The notes beneath the pieces were generated by a model. That model did no database searches. It had not been told where the DNA came from and worked only from the letters and a program-made list of their open reading frames with translations. From contig OZ037769.1 in the NCBI GenBank assembly GCA_964035545.1, positions 1,116,001 through 1,180,000 on the forward strand: 64,000 bases of DNA, read 5' to 3'. A program made the position numbers and the translations under genes. Positions 48,001 through 60,708 of this stretch are shown one piece after another (the first letter of the stretch is position 1; each line of letters starts with the position of its first letter). Source of the DNA: Bugula neritina (lineage: Eukaryota > Animalia > Bryozoa).

Positions 48001-48991
48001 TCTGTATGACTCGTACTGTATGACTCACTCTGTATGACTCATACTGTATCACTCATGCTGTATGACTCGTACTGTATGACTCATGTTGTATGACTCACTC
48101 TGTATGACTCATACTGTATCACTCATGCTGGTTTGCCAATATCTCACTTTTCAAGTTGTAATGTGTTTGACCTAAACTGAGTGTTCTGTGATATCAAAAC
48201 ACATTTTTCAGTATATGACTGAAATGCTCAATGTATTGTTTAGAAATGTGTATCAGTGTAATGGAATGGTGATACAATAGAGCTAAAGAGGGATTTAAAT
48301 TTAATGTGCAATGTTCAGTACCCCTCAACACGATTGACATAGTGAAGAACCCTCAACTGAATAGCATTAGCAAGTGTCGAGGCTTTATGATGTAACATAT
48401 GCTCATATCGTGGCCTGTAGAACACTAAAGAGGATTTAACAAAGGCCGCCAAGATATTTGATGTGAAGCAGATATACCAGAAAGATTCTGAGTCACTTTC
48501 TATTGGCACATCTAATAGACAGCTGCAGCGTGTGATGGCCATGTACTGTATAAAACAGGTATATTTATTCCTTGCTTATGTCTTTCTGTGTTTGTGTCTC
48601 TGTGTGTTTCCATTAGTGTCCTGGTCTTTCTAACTGCATCAGCTCACTGTTATAAATTAGCCAACAATTGGCCTGTGAAGATTAGTTTGTTAAAACATTG
48701 CACACTTGGGTTTTACAAGGCAGCATAGTTATTCATTATCTTTCTAGAATCATCTCAATGCTGCGCTAACTTTGATCAACTCCATCACTCCTACCACCAC
48801 CGTCGAGTTGAATTTGAAGGTTAGTAATTCACTACCGATACTACTACTACCACTACTCGGCTACTACTAGTACTACTACTACTACTACTGCTACTAGTAC
48901 TACTACTACCACCACTACTCGGCTACTACTAGTACTACCACTACTGCTACTACTGCTACTAGTACTACTGCTACTACTACTACTTCTACTG

Positions 48992-49023
<32 letters not shown>

Positions 49024-50465
49024 GCTACTACTACTACTACTGCTACTAGTACTGCTACTACTACTGCTACTAGTACTGCTACTACTACTACTACTACTAG
49101 CCTACTACTACTACTAGCCTACTACTACTACTAGCCTACTACTACTACTGCTACTACTACTACTACTGCTGCTGTGTATGTGTTAGACTGACTATCAAGA
49201 GAAACCAGTCGGCCATTTTAGATGTTTGCTTCTATTTCAGTAAAAACAGAACTAATAAACAACCTTCCGTAACTTACTCAGTCTGAAAGTGGATGCCACT
49301 CAATATATATCAACATTACCCTCAGTGGCCTGAGGTTCTCTTGCAGGTTCTAGTTTCTCTAATGCAGGTTTTAGTTTCCATGTTTCAGGTTTTAGCCTAT
49401 TTGCATTCTGATAATCTCGATGCTGCACTCCGAGTAGCCAAAATGATTACTGTGAGAAATCCTACCCCAGAGCAGCCGACCGCAGCTGCTGATGCCATGG
49501 TCGAAGAGGTCAGTGAGGGTGTAGAAGATGGGGAGAGTGAAGAAGTCAAGCAGAATCCCGCTGTAGCTCAACCCAGAGAGAACTCAATACAAGGGAGACT
49601 CTTCAGGGATGTGGTACGCACCGTGTATTGTTTAGAACTGGTGAAAATACAGTTGAAATCATTGGATTCGAAGTATTGATTTATCATGTCCGTTGTGAGC
49701 TCATTGTGATTTCTTGCTCCAGTTCTTTGAGTTGCGCGATGCCATCCTCGAGAAAGAAGATGATGTGGGCCGCAACTATCTCAGGTTTCTCAACGCGACC
49801 TTTGACGATACGGTGGCTAAGAGTAAACTCACCGGATACCTAATTCGGCTCCGCCAGTTCAGTTACCAGGCTACGGTGAGACAATTCCTACAAGCTTCCA
49901 GTCACTCTGCCACTCTCAATTTCTTTGTTAACCTAATTTTAGTTATTGATAGATATCTTCACACACATGCTGTGTATGTCTTAATCTGTTCCAGTGTGTT
50001 TGATTGTTGCACACTCACACAATAGTGTTGTTAAACACAAGCGTTATTTAAATACTTCGATTCAGCTTTATTTTCAAAGTTCTGCATTTTATATGTAGCA
50101 CCAGCAAGGCAGTGGTGATGAGATAATTGCCTGATATTCAGAAGTAAATTTTCTCTTAACATACCTGTGTTCAGAGAAGCACTGGCTATGTTTTGTGCAC
50201 TCTGCTATCTTCGTCTATTATTTATCATTAGTCAACATGGTGCTGCACCAAAACTCACTTGTCCCAGTTGCTTGAGCTACAATCATATATATGTGTAGGT
50301 TGACAACTCCAACTTACTCGTTTGTATGTGGAATTCTTTCAGATGCAGAAACTGAAGAAGGAAAGCAAGAAACCACTGACACCTGACGCTCCGTCTACCG
50401 AACTCATGAGTGATGTCATCGACGTCGAGGAGGAAGATAAAGACAAGCTCGAGAGTGCAGTGTAA
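45095..50465 (+). CDS. PTCD2: PTCD2-like mitochondrial pentatricopeptide repeat protein, paralog A. Exons about 45095-45209, 46248-46323, 46443-46592, 47172-47301, 47587-47760, 48421-48558, 48748-48819, 49389-49613, 49723-49875, 50343-50465
   Basis: Basic, acid-free presequence (MACTASSMFRFRNTTRHLL); colinear with the PTCD2 pattern as I recall it: KRHYL....KLESF, IYLAE, MKKCYMLNDPKTALEI, LMTMDLFLENRMHAECLDL, YQLAIMSAFQLNTKED, AMYCIKQNHLNAALTL, ELNLKVLAYLHSDNLDAAL, LFRDV. Phase-consistent exons. Confidence 0.75.
47899..48129. repeat. 15-bp intronic minisatellite (ctgtatgactcact/ata)n, about 15 copies
   Basis: Directly visible. Confidence 0.92.
48829..49173. repeat. (CTA)n imperfect microsatellite just after a splice donor
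   Basis: Directly visible. Confidence 0.93.
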
Positions 50466-52975
50466 CGTCACAGTAGCAGCACTATCACCGTCTGCTGTGC
50501 AACTCAGTGTGAGTTTCTGGACTACAAATTTAGCTGTAATTCCTAAATTACTTGTAAGGTGTTGGAGGGTTGTGTGTGAATCCCCCAAGTTATTTATTGT
50601 TAGTCAGAAGATGATAGAATTGTCAAGTTACAACTCTTACATCACACAGTTACTATACACTCAGCTAATTTCCTCTTTATCCTTGTAGCAGAAGATACAG
50701 CTGTGACCACATGTAGTCTTACACCTGCTTCAGCATCCTCTCCTCGTATGCCAGTAGGGGGTTTGTTAGACTCTCCCGTGCAGACTGACTTCTCAATGTA
50801 GGAACTTAGGCTAACTTCTAAATATTAATAATTGGTGTAATCATGTTAGTATTTTGTAATTATAGGTTTGTATTGTCTTGTAAAAGTGATAAAAGAGCTA
50901 GCTGTATATATGACTACTACTCTTGCAACCAACACCAGACTACTATTGTATAGGCATCTCTACATATTTATTATATGCAAATTTATTACTGCAGTATGAA
51001 GATTAATAAAACCACAGACATTGTTTAAATATAGCCTCTCTGTTAATTACATTGTCAATTTTCATTTTGAAAATATCGTTAATGTTAGAATATACTACAT
51101 TTTTATAGCTTATGGATTACTATAACTAGCTGCATAAGCTAGCTATTGTCAAATTATAAGCCATGTGTGGTTGTGTGCTGATAACTTCTTGTTGTGTTGG
51201 TTGCAAAAATAAAGAAGTTTTCTTTCTAGCAATACTAATGCAACAATTATAATGTCTAAAATATATGCAGTAAGACTATTGAGACCATAAGATTTGTGTC
51301 TGCTGAGTGTGAGAGTTGTGCACTTTTGATGAACTGTCCAGAGCTTAATATGAAAGTACAACCACTATAGTATCGACTACAGTTACAGACTATAGTTGTA
51401 TACTGAAAGTGAAAGCAAACACCAACTAAGTCTAACAAAAATTGTTGCACATCATAGAAAACAATTCCAAACTTGAAAATTTCAATACAAATCACTGCAA
51501 TTTATGCATGTGGAGCAGTCGGAATCAATTGCTAAGATCAAGGAACCAAAGAATCCTAAAATGTATGTCTGCCCTGTGTACAGAGCTGTATGCATTATTG
51601 CAGCTAAGCAGTGCTAACCTATAGCTGACTTGAAAGTCTACTGAAACTAATGTTAATGTTAGGCTCGCTGGAAATATAAAGTTCTAAAGAAGACCACCAA
51701 AACTCAAAAAAATACTATATTTCGAGAAGACAACTTCTAAAAGTCATGTAAATAATTCCTAATAAAGGTGCCCAAATGTAGCTGAATATTTTCTGAAAGC
51801 AGGTAAAAGTTTGCTGAAACGTCACTAGGTGTTTATTGGACAATTTTCACGTGTTCTTGGCCTACAAGACTAATGCTGCTCACTTTTTACTCAGTAGCCC
51901 ATTAATAATGTTAAATGGAGAAAAAGTTATCAGCATTCACCGTAGTTAGTGTTGCAACACGAAGTTAAGCCGAAATTGTAAATAGTGGTGATGGTGATAC
52001 CCCACTTTCATTTGCTAGTACTACTACGTTTACCAGTAGTAGTAGTAGTAGTACTAGTAGTAGTGTCAAGTAGTAGTTGCAAATCAGTAATCACTCACAC
52101 TCACACTGACTTCGAGTTACGGAGTTAGTGACTTACTCTTACAGTAACTGTCGTAGTCTTACACTATGACTATAATTTATTCAGTTATTGACTATCACTA
52201 TGACTATAAGTTTGACTATGAACCAGTGTTACTGTGTCTTTTAGTGTTGTGTTAGATCAGTTTGAGTTACTCAAAATTATTTACAATTACTGTTGGTGGT
52301 ACTGCTAAGACTTAAGCTTTACCTTGTTGGTAGTACACTTAAAGTTGATCACTAACAGTTGCAGTAAAACTAACCGACACAGTGTTGGTTAGTGTTGTAA
52401 TGCAAATAAAATTTGAGCTACACGTCATTTAGTTTTACTCACTCATTATCATTATAATTGTCACTGTTAGTTTAAGTATTACTGGTAGCAGACAATATCA
52501 ATGACTATCTGATATTCTATTTTATGAAACTTCAAATGACTGTAATACTAATACTAATAGTGATAATCAATAATTATAACCATAATGATGATAAATATTA
52601 TGATGAGTCATAGAAACTAAAGTCTATTTGACTTATAGCTAATAAGTGAAATTTTATTATTTTGTATCACTATTTGACTCTGTATCACTATCACTGGGAG
52701 AATGAGCGATAATTGGCAACTTATAGTAATATTGATAATAGTTATTAGAGTTAGACGTTAGTGTCTAGTGAGACTGAGAGTCATAGTGTGAGTCTGAATA
52801 CTAAATTTCAGTGAATTAGAATGGAATATTGATTAAATGGCAACTTATAATATCAGTGTAGTCACTATTGCCAGAATCAAACACATCATTCTATGTGACT
52901 AAAAAAACTAAAAAATTGATGTTCTTATTTTTTACACGTAAAGCAATTTAAAAAAAATTACATTTTTAGATAGAA

Positions 52976-55900
52976 ATGGTGCTCACAGTTAAATGCATTG
53001 GGAGAATTGGTAGGATGAATGCTACATCGTCGCATTTATTAGGGATTTGTTTTAACGTTTGCAGGACTGGGACTTCATCATATATCAGTAAGTATATTTG
53101 TTGACTACGCATCTGTGATGACATAGTAAATTATATACATTCTGTGTTGAATACTTGTGTTGAGCTGAACTTGAAGCTTTTGTAGACCGTGTTCTAACCA
53201 ATATAGACTCTGCTTTATATCCTACCAGTGTTTGCCCAATACTTGTGATATTATCATATATCGTTTTTCTAGACTGGTTGCATGTGATGCGCTATTCACG
53301 GCAAGACCTTGGGTTAGCTATGTTTCTTGTGGTTTTGCAGACAGACGGTCTCTTGTGTCTGATCAGTTTCTAAGGCTAAATGGCTTCCGGAATCGGAGTA
53401 ACCGTATAACTACAAGGTGTGGGTCATGTATATAAGAGTTGCCTTCTTTTTCTCCTGTTTGTTTCGCAATCAAATCTTTATGAGAATTTGTTGAGTCATG
53501 TTAGGTTAATTAGATACCTAATATATGTAATATTTGTGTTATATTTACACTGTTATGAATTATTTGTGTAAGCTTACTATTGTACGATAGTTACCCAATG
53601 TTTATACTGTGTAATCTTCTATTGTATAGTTTCTTTCAAAGAAATTTGTTTGATGGTTTTTCTTTCTCTTGTAACCATAAAAAATTTAATTTTGCCATGT
53701 CATTCAAAGTGCCAAGTTATTATTTAGATAACTTGATCTCTTTGTGAAGCTTTCAATTTCTAACTCGGTCGTAGATTTGGCGATAAACTCGGTAGTTTCA
53801 AGTCGGCGGTGGAGGGGAGAGTTCTGGAGAAACAGGATATCCAGGACTTTGACGCCGATTGCTACCTTCATGTTGTGGATGCTGACAAGCTTAAGCTCCT
53901 CCCCTCTCTTCTCCAATGGTCAGCATTTTATCCTTTTCAGTGTTGGTGCTCGCTGACTCCATGTTAGTGTGGGCTGAACTTTGTTATAGTAGGGAAACCT
54001 TTGGGTTTCTTTTTCTTGGATATGTTAAAATCTTCAGTAATATTGTTGATTATCAGTGTTTTGTAATACTTCTTATTGATAATATATTATTGATTATTCT
54101 TGGTTTTATATTATTGATGATATGTTATTGATGATATATTATTGGTTATCAGTGTCACATACGAGGAACCAGAGGCTCAGGGTTTCACTCATTATCCTGA
54201 CACAATGTTTGGTTTGGCTCTGAAGAGATGCTCATTGGCTAATGATTTGGCAGCCGCCCAGACGGTTTATAAACTGATGGTGAGTCATTACTACTAGCTA
54301 TGAACTACTCTACGTACGCTAGTCTATGAGATGTATAAACATAACTCGGTCTACTAACTACTCTGCATACGCTAGTCTATGAGATGTATAAACATAACTC
54401 GGTCTACTAACTATTCCGCATACGCTAGTCTAGACTCGGTCTGACAGTATTGTATTGTTGACTGTTCACTGTGCGTCACCATAGCAACTTAGCAAAGTGA
54501 AAGCTAGACTTTGTTCCAGGGCAAGGAGCATATGAATATGGTGAATACCCTCCTGCTGATGGACCTCATGTACGAGAACGGAGAACACTCGCAGTGTCTC
54601 GATATCGCCATCGAGTCCCACGAAACAATCGGACCCATTCTTGTAGACTGGTTTTATACCCTGTCTATTGTATCAGCCTTTCATTTAGTGAGTTATCCAT
54701 CTGCATTTACCATTTATTATATTATATTTATGTTATATTTATATTTTATTATATTTATGTTATATTTATATTTTATTATATTTATGTTATATTCTATTTA
54801 TCTTATATGAATATTGCATAATATTTATATTATATATTTATATTATATTATGCTAGAATGTCAGGATGTGCTGATGAAGTTCTACTTTTACAGAATACTC
54901 CGGAAGCATTAGATGCTGTCCTAAAATTATTTAACGCGAAATGTGACATGGATGTGCAGAGGCATAGAAAATCTTCGACACCAGAACTAGAAGTTGGCCC
55001 GGACCAGTCTAATGACACGAACCAGTCTGCTGGACCAGGCCAGTATTTTCCATCTTCAGTTATGAAGCGTCTGAGAAATGTGCTGGCACTTCTCTGCCTC
55101 AAACAGGTTAGTTAGTTCACAGGTTAGTTAGTTAGTTCACAGGTTAGTTAGTTCACAGGTTAGTTAGTTCACAGGTTCTGTTTATTAGATGTTAAATTGA
55201 ATTTATTATTGTATAACTTTCAATAGGAACATGGGGTTCAGTCTAGCTGAGAGACATGCTTCATATTTACACAGACAACACCCTTGCTATGTAATTACTA
55301 ACAAGTTTTTCTAGTAATTATTTTCTAGTGATTTCTTTTCTATGGATGATTTTCTAATTTTAATTTCTGTCTTAACTTGATTTGCTTTGTCTCTAAAAAA
55401 GGCAACTCTATTTACTATTTTCCTAATTCACAAGTTCATCTGGTTTGGCCAATAAACACCAAGTGGATGAATGCAGTATACTAGTAATAGATGGTTTAGA
55501 AGAGATTTAGAGTACCTTGCTAGCCGTGTCATCCAAACATGTCACTTTACTTTACTGTTTCAGAGTCGCATCAACCAGTGTCTCTTTCTACTCAAGAATA
55601 GTCGGCGAGAATATTTGGTCCCAATCAACATCAGGGTATGGCTGGAGTTTGTGTTCTAGCATTACTTTTTGCTGCTTCAGTAAATTGGGAGCAACCTGGG
55701 TGTTCAGGCACAACCTGGGTGTTCAGGCACAATCTGGGTGTTCAGGTACAACCTGGGTGGTCCTTAGAGCAACCTGGGTGTTCTAGCCCAGCTAAAGTTT
55801 TGTTACATGATACATTTTTGAGAACTTTTTTTCACTTAGAAGATATGTTTACACTGCACAGCGCTATACTGGCAGGTTTCAGATTCTAATGACCTCAGAT

Positions 55901-57705
55901 ATTACACAAGAGCCTGACAACCTGAGAGCAGTGTTTACCGTCTGCTGCTTACACTTTCTGCAGATTTCACTTTGTTGTGTTGCAGGCAATGGCTTACCTC
56001 AAGGCCGGCAACGTCTCTCTTGCCCTTAACGAGTTACAACATCTTCGTCGACATACAGAATCTAAACACGGAGCAAATTCGTACTTCATGTTTTATGATG
56101 TGGTAAGATAAGTACATTAGAGTTATACTTTCCTGTCATCGAGTAATGTATTGGAGTTATGCTCCCATGTTATAGAGTAATATATTAGAGTTATACTCCC
56201 CTGTTATGGAATAATGTACTAGAGTTATACTCCCGTGTTATTTGACTACCAACCAGATATTTATGTTCACTCTTTCAGTTATACTAGATATTTTCCCCAG
56301 ACAGCTAATGACGCTGTGTTATGGCTAAACGATCTGATTTTAGTCACTTTATATTGTTTCAGAGTTTACGAATTCTTCATTGACACATTAGTTTAGTAAT
56401 TTTGTTTTCTCTTCACCAACAATTTACTTGAGTCTTGTGATGGTTTATGAAATACCAGACAGATCTATTCCTCACTGTCTGACCTACTTTGTAGTTTATT
56501 GACCTACATTCTAGTTTATTAACCTACATTGTAGTTTATTGACCTACATTGTAGTTTATTAACCTACATTGTAGTTTATTAACCTACATTGTAGTTTATT
56601 AACCTACATTGTAGTTTATTGACCTACATTGTAGTTTATTGACCTACATTGTAGTTTATTGACCTACATTCTAGTTTATTGACCTACATTCTAGTTTATT
56701 GACCTACATTCTAGTTTATTGACCTACATTGTAGTTTATTGACCTACATTGTAGTTTATTGACCTACATTGTAGTTTATTGACCTACATTCTAGTTTATT
56801 GACCTACATTGTAGTTTATTGACCTACATTGTAGTTTATTGACCTACATTGTAGTTTATTGACCTACATTCTAGTTTATTGACCTACATTGTAGTTTATT
56901 GACCTACATTGTAGTTTATTGACCTACATTGTAGTTTATTGACCTACATTGTAGTTTATTGACCTACATTGTAGTTTATTGAACTGCGTAACAGAGTCAG
57001 GGAAAATGATATCTCAAAAGAGTTTGCATTCATCAAATATTTCGGAGCTCCGCAAAACTTTAATCAATTCGTTCACCGAAGCCCTCTGGAGATCTACACG
57101 CTTTCCGGGGTAAGTTCTTCATGCCTCAAAGAGCTCACGTCATATCACTTGTTGCAGTTGAGACTGAGAAATATATTCTAATGTCATTCAAGTTTCTCTA
57201 TATTTTTATATTGGGCACATTACTTAGATATTTGTTCTGTAAATGAGACATGCTTTCTTATATCCCTAGTCAATGAGAAATGAGGTATTATGCAGTTACC
57301 CAATGAGATACAGTGTCTCGTGTCACTAACCAATGAGAAGCATTAGTCAAAGTTTTGCTGTTGCAGGTGATCAAGAGCCCTTCTCCAAGTCAACCAGTTT
57401 CAACGCCGGAAACTGATGATGTCACAGATAAACAGGAAACGGGGCAGCTGAACGCGGCGGATATCGACTCAGGTAATCTAGTAGATGTTGAACTCTCTTT
57501 TGTGGGAGTACGCTTTCTTCTCTACTGCATAGAACCTCGTATGTTATTATATAGATCTATATTTATTTATATCATGTATATATTCACCAAGTATGCCTTC
57601 ATATGCCACACAGATTCAGTAAAGTTGCGTTTATACCTTCACGATTTTCGGTCAAAATTTCAATTTGGCCGGGTTGAAATTTCTCCGAGTTGCATTGCAT
57701 TGTAA
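52976..57705 (+). CDS. PTCD2: PTCD2-like mitochondrial PPR protein, paralog B. Exons about 52976-53087, 53341-53416, 53775-53918, 54153-54279, 54520-54687, 54894-55106, 55564-55635, 55986-56102, 56975-57109, 57367-(57472 or 57705)
   Basis: Same exon order and phases as paralog A; RRSLVSDQFLRLNGF, CYLHVV, LKRCSLANDLAAAQTV, NTLLLMDLMYENGEHSQCLDIA, VDWFYTLSIVSAFHLNTPEAL, ALLCLKQ, INIRAMAYLKAGN, MFYDVFIELR. 3' end uncertain. Confidence 0.72.
54303..54432. repeat. 52-bp intronic tandem repeat, about 2.5 copies
   Basis: tacgctagtctatgagatgtataaacataactcggtctactaacta repeated. Confidence 0.85.
55103..55177. repeat. 16/20-bp tandem repeat containing the splice donor (acag|gttagttagttc), 4.5 copies
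   Basis: Directly visible; the first unit is the real exon end at 55106. Confidence 0.9.
55688..55785. repeat. 18-bp intronic minisatellite (caacctgggtgttcaggca-like), about 5 copies
   Basis: Directly visible. Confidence 0.85.
56110..56241. repeat. About 34-bp degenerate intronic tandem repeat, about 4 copies
   Basis: tagagttatactccc.tgttat.gagtaatgta units. Confidence 0.8.
56481..56982. repeat. 20-bp minisatellite (gacctacatt(g/c)tag|tttatt)n, 25 copies, containing the splice acceptor and first exon bases
   Basis: The last unit's AG (56973-56974) precedes the in-frame exon FIELRNRVRE, homologous to paralog A FFELRDAILE. Confidence 0.95.
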
Positions 57706-57852
57706 AAGCCACTCGTTGAAATTTTTGTACTGTGATAACTTAATCGGCCAATTTTGGAATAGGAGTAATAACTCCTTGTAAACATCGTTATTTAGTTATT
57801 ACTTTGGCGATTAGACAACGTACTTATACGGTTATAATTATATAGCCTACGC

Positions 57853-59060
57853 CAGGGTTGGGGTCAATTACATGTAAATGTAATTAATTACAATTACAAT
57901 TACATGAAGATTTGTCAATTACAATTACGATTATAATTACAGTTAAAAAGTAATGTAATTAATTACAATTACAATTACATGGTAATGTAATTAATTACAA
58001 TTACAATTACTTTTGTTCTCACTAGGGATAACTAAAAGTTATACAATGTCACTTCTAGGGTCCAACTACCAGGGGCAATGTTGACAGTGGTGAACCTCCT
58101 TTGTTCCCAACAGTGACACTACAGGGTCAATCCATGCCAAATCAACTAAATTTTAAGGGGTCCCACGTTTTTGCTTCTCAGACTTTGCTCATATTTACAC
58201 CGAATGGACCTACACATGTCCGAAGTACTATTCATGAATATTTCTGACATGACACATAAACTTTTTCAGAAATGACTACTTTTGTGGACAAAGGCTGGGA
58301 AAAATTTTGAGGAAAAATTTGTGATTTCTACTTTTAGACCAACTTATAAATGTCTATATCTGAACCATTTTTCTAGGCTGAGCCTTAAAATTTGTTGTGA
58401 AAAATATTTGTAAATTTTTTCAAAATTTACAAAAATTTGCCCATATTCAATGGCTTAGCATATATGAACACAAGGTATTCTGTAGTATGTGTTGCTACTA
58501 GTGCAAGTTGATAGGTATTATCAAATCGCACAGCAAATTTTAAGAGTCAGTTTAGAAAAATGGTTGAGACATAGCTGGGTTCATAAATTGGTCTAAAAGT
58601 AAAAATCACAAATTTCCCTTAAAGTTTTTCCCAACCTTTGTCCACAAATGTAATCATTTCTCAAAAAGTTTTTTGTTAGGCCAAGAATATTTAAAAAGAG
58701 CAATCAAGCCACATGTAGGTCTATTTGGTGTCATATAAACAAACTCTGAGACACAAAGGCACCGGCCATTTGGTGAGTTAGCATGGAATGACCCTATACG
58801 ATATTTACTTAATCTGAACTTGTTATTTAACAGTAGATATGGTAGAAAAAGAATGATTTTTTCAAGATTTAAAAGTTTGAAGTAATTGACATGTAATTAC
58901 AAAGTAATTGTAAAATTCAATTACATTAGCAATGTAATTAATTACAATTACAATTACAATTACATTTTTATACATCAATTACAAATTACATTCAATTACT
59001 TGAAAAAATGTAATTAATTACAACCAATTACAATTACAAATTACAATTACCCCAACCCTG
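57853..59060. mobile_element. Non-autonomous hAT-superfamily DNA transposon
   Basis: 11-bp perfect TIRs CAGGGTTGGGG / CCCCAACCCTG; perfect 8-bp TSD GCCTACGC (57845-57852 and 59061-59068); subterminal AATTAC/GTAATT repeat arrays; no transposase ORF. Confidence 0.93.
58122..58796. mobile_element. Foldback MITE with long (about 280-bp) imperfect inverted arms, TA-flanked (Tc1/mariner-type), nested in the hAT element
   Basis: Left TA|CAGGGTCAATCCATGCCAAATCAAC versus right reverse complement TA|TAGGGTCATTCCATGCTAACTCACC; internal arms pair (tttgtggacaaaggctgggaaaa / ttttcccaacctttgtccacaaa; aaatttgtgattt / aaatcacaaattt). Confidence 0.85.
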
Positions 59061-60708
59061 GCCTACGCTTTCTCAATTATCGCTTTTATGCTTTCCGCTT
59101 CACTAATTCACGACATTTACAAAGGGCATCAAATAGCTATTATGCGAGTCAAATTTCAATTTCAGAAAGTAAGCAACCGCATCAATATGATTTCAACGAG
59201 TTTAAGTTTGACTATAAAGGGGTACCCGGAAAAGCGTTATTAACCTAAACTCGGTACTTTTTTCAGCAGAGGTATAAACGCAACTTTATATGTATATATG
59301 ACGGTGAAACTGCCAATTAGTGTAGTGTGAGAGAGTGAAGGATGTTTAGAATACTAACCCTGCATTATGTCACCTATAGTAGTACAGCAAGTCTTGTCTT
59401 CAGTATCACATTTGCAGTTACATCAATGCTTGTCACAAAATCGATTTTCCAGATATTTTTCTATTCTAGTTTGGAATTTAGATGAACCATCTTTTGACTT
59501 CAAGTAATTTGATTTTTGGTGTTTTGTAGTGTGAGCTTCCTGATCACTTATAATGAAGGTAAAGATTTAGACTGCCACTACGTTGACTACTAACTATTCA
59601 ACTAAAGCTGAGTAATCCATAGCTACCCCTGAGGAAAAAAATAACTCTTGTAATGTGCGAATTATAATGTCACAGGGCGCATTATGGTGTCACTTACTCA
59701 TTGGATGGTAAAACGCAGTTTATTTATTTTTATCTCAATTTCTGAAAAGCTGCGCTGCCTAGTTTCTCTGGCACATTGGCAGACATCTTGAATAAGACTG
59801 ACATAGAGATGACAACTCTTCTATTCTCCTGTGAACATATACTAACTGTTTAATATACTGTCTATAGTGTATATAGATTCATTGCACCTTTAAACAATAC
59901 ATGCCTTGTCTGGCATAAGGCAGGTCGTATTTTGTTGTTTTGTCAGCAGCGACATATTTTTGAGCAGCAGCGGAATGTTTTTCATAATAAACGATTTGTA
60001 ATTGGAGTTGCCTCCACATCTAAATATGTATTCCTTTCTGCACAAGTTTAAAGAGAAATTTGAGCCAGTTTTAAGGGAACATAATTTTGTTGAACACTTA
60101 TTCGATCTCACAAGTTTGCTTGGTTTATACAATTCAGGTAAACATAGTCACCTGGTACTCGTACTATACATGATGCAGGCTTTGTATAAATAGTAGCTAT
60201 TTTTCCTTGTGTGGGTAAACATGTGTAGTTAAGCAAACATTTCATTGTTCGTGTCAGCTTTATTTTGTTGAATTCATTGTGTGTTATTTCCCTGTATGAT
60301 TTAATGTTACTAATATATATAGCAAGTGTAGCGAACGCAACCTGGATGACTTAGCTATTTAATTAAGAATTTCACAATGTATAACTCCACTTGAATGCTT
60401 TGTAAAAACATTACTTAGCCTTTCTATATATGGCATCGTGCTCTCTATTATACTATTCAATAGGGGGTAATGTTACTCCACAAAAAACTTCCCTGCCCAT
60501 AGAATAAATACACAATAACCTGGTATATATGTATAGAGAAATCACTTGTGAGCACTTGTGATCGTGAGGTTACGTTTCTTGAGGTATTTGCACACTGGCT
60601 GTCTGCTCACCGTGCTTGAGGATACTGGGTCATGTGACATACCAAGGAAGTTGAAGAATTGGCAGCACTTAAAATAAGAGTTTATTATAGGAAAGGCTCG
60701 GCAGCAAG

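Noticed and set aside
53744-53956. Listed + strand ORF as a PTCD2-B exon
   Set aside because: The phase-compatible homologous exon (53775-53918) is in a different frame.
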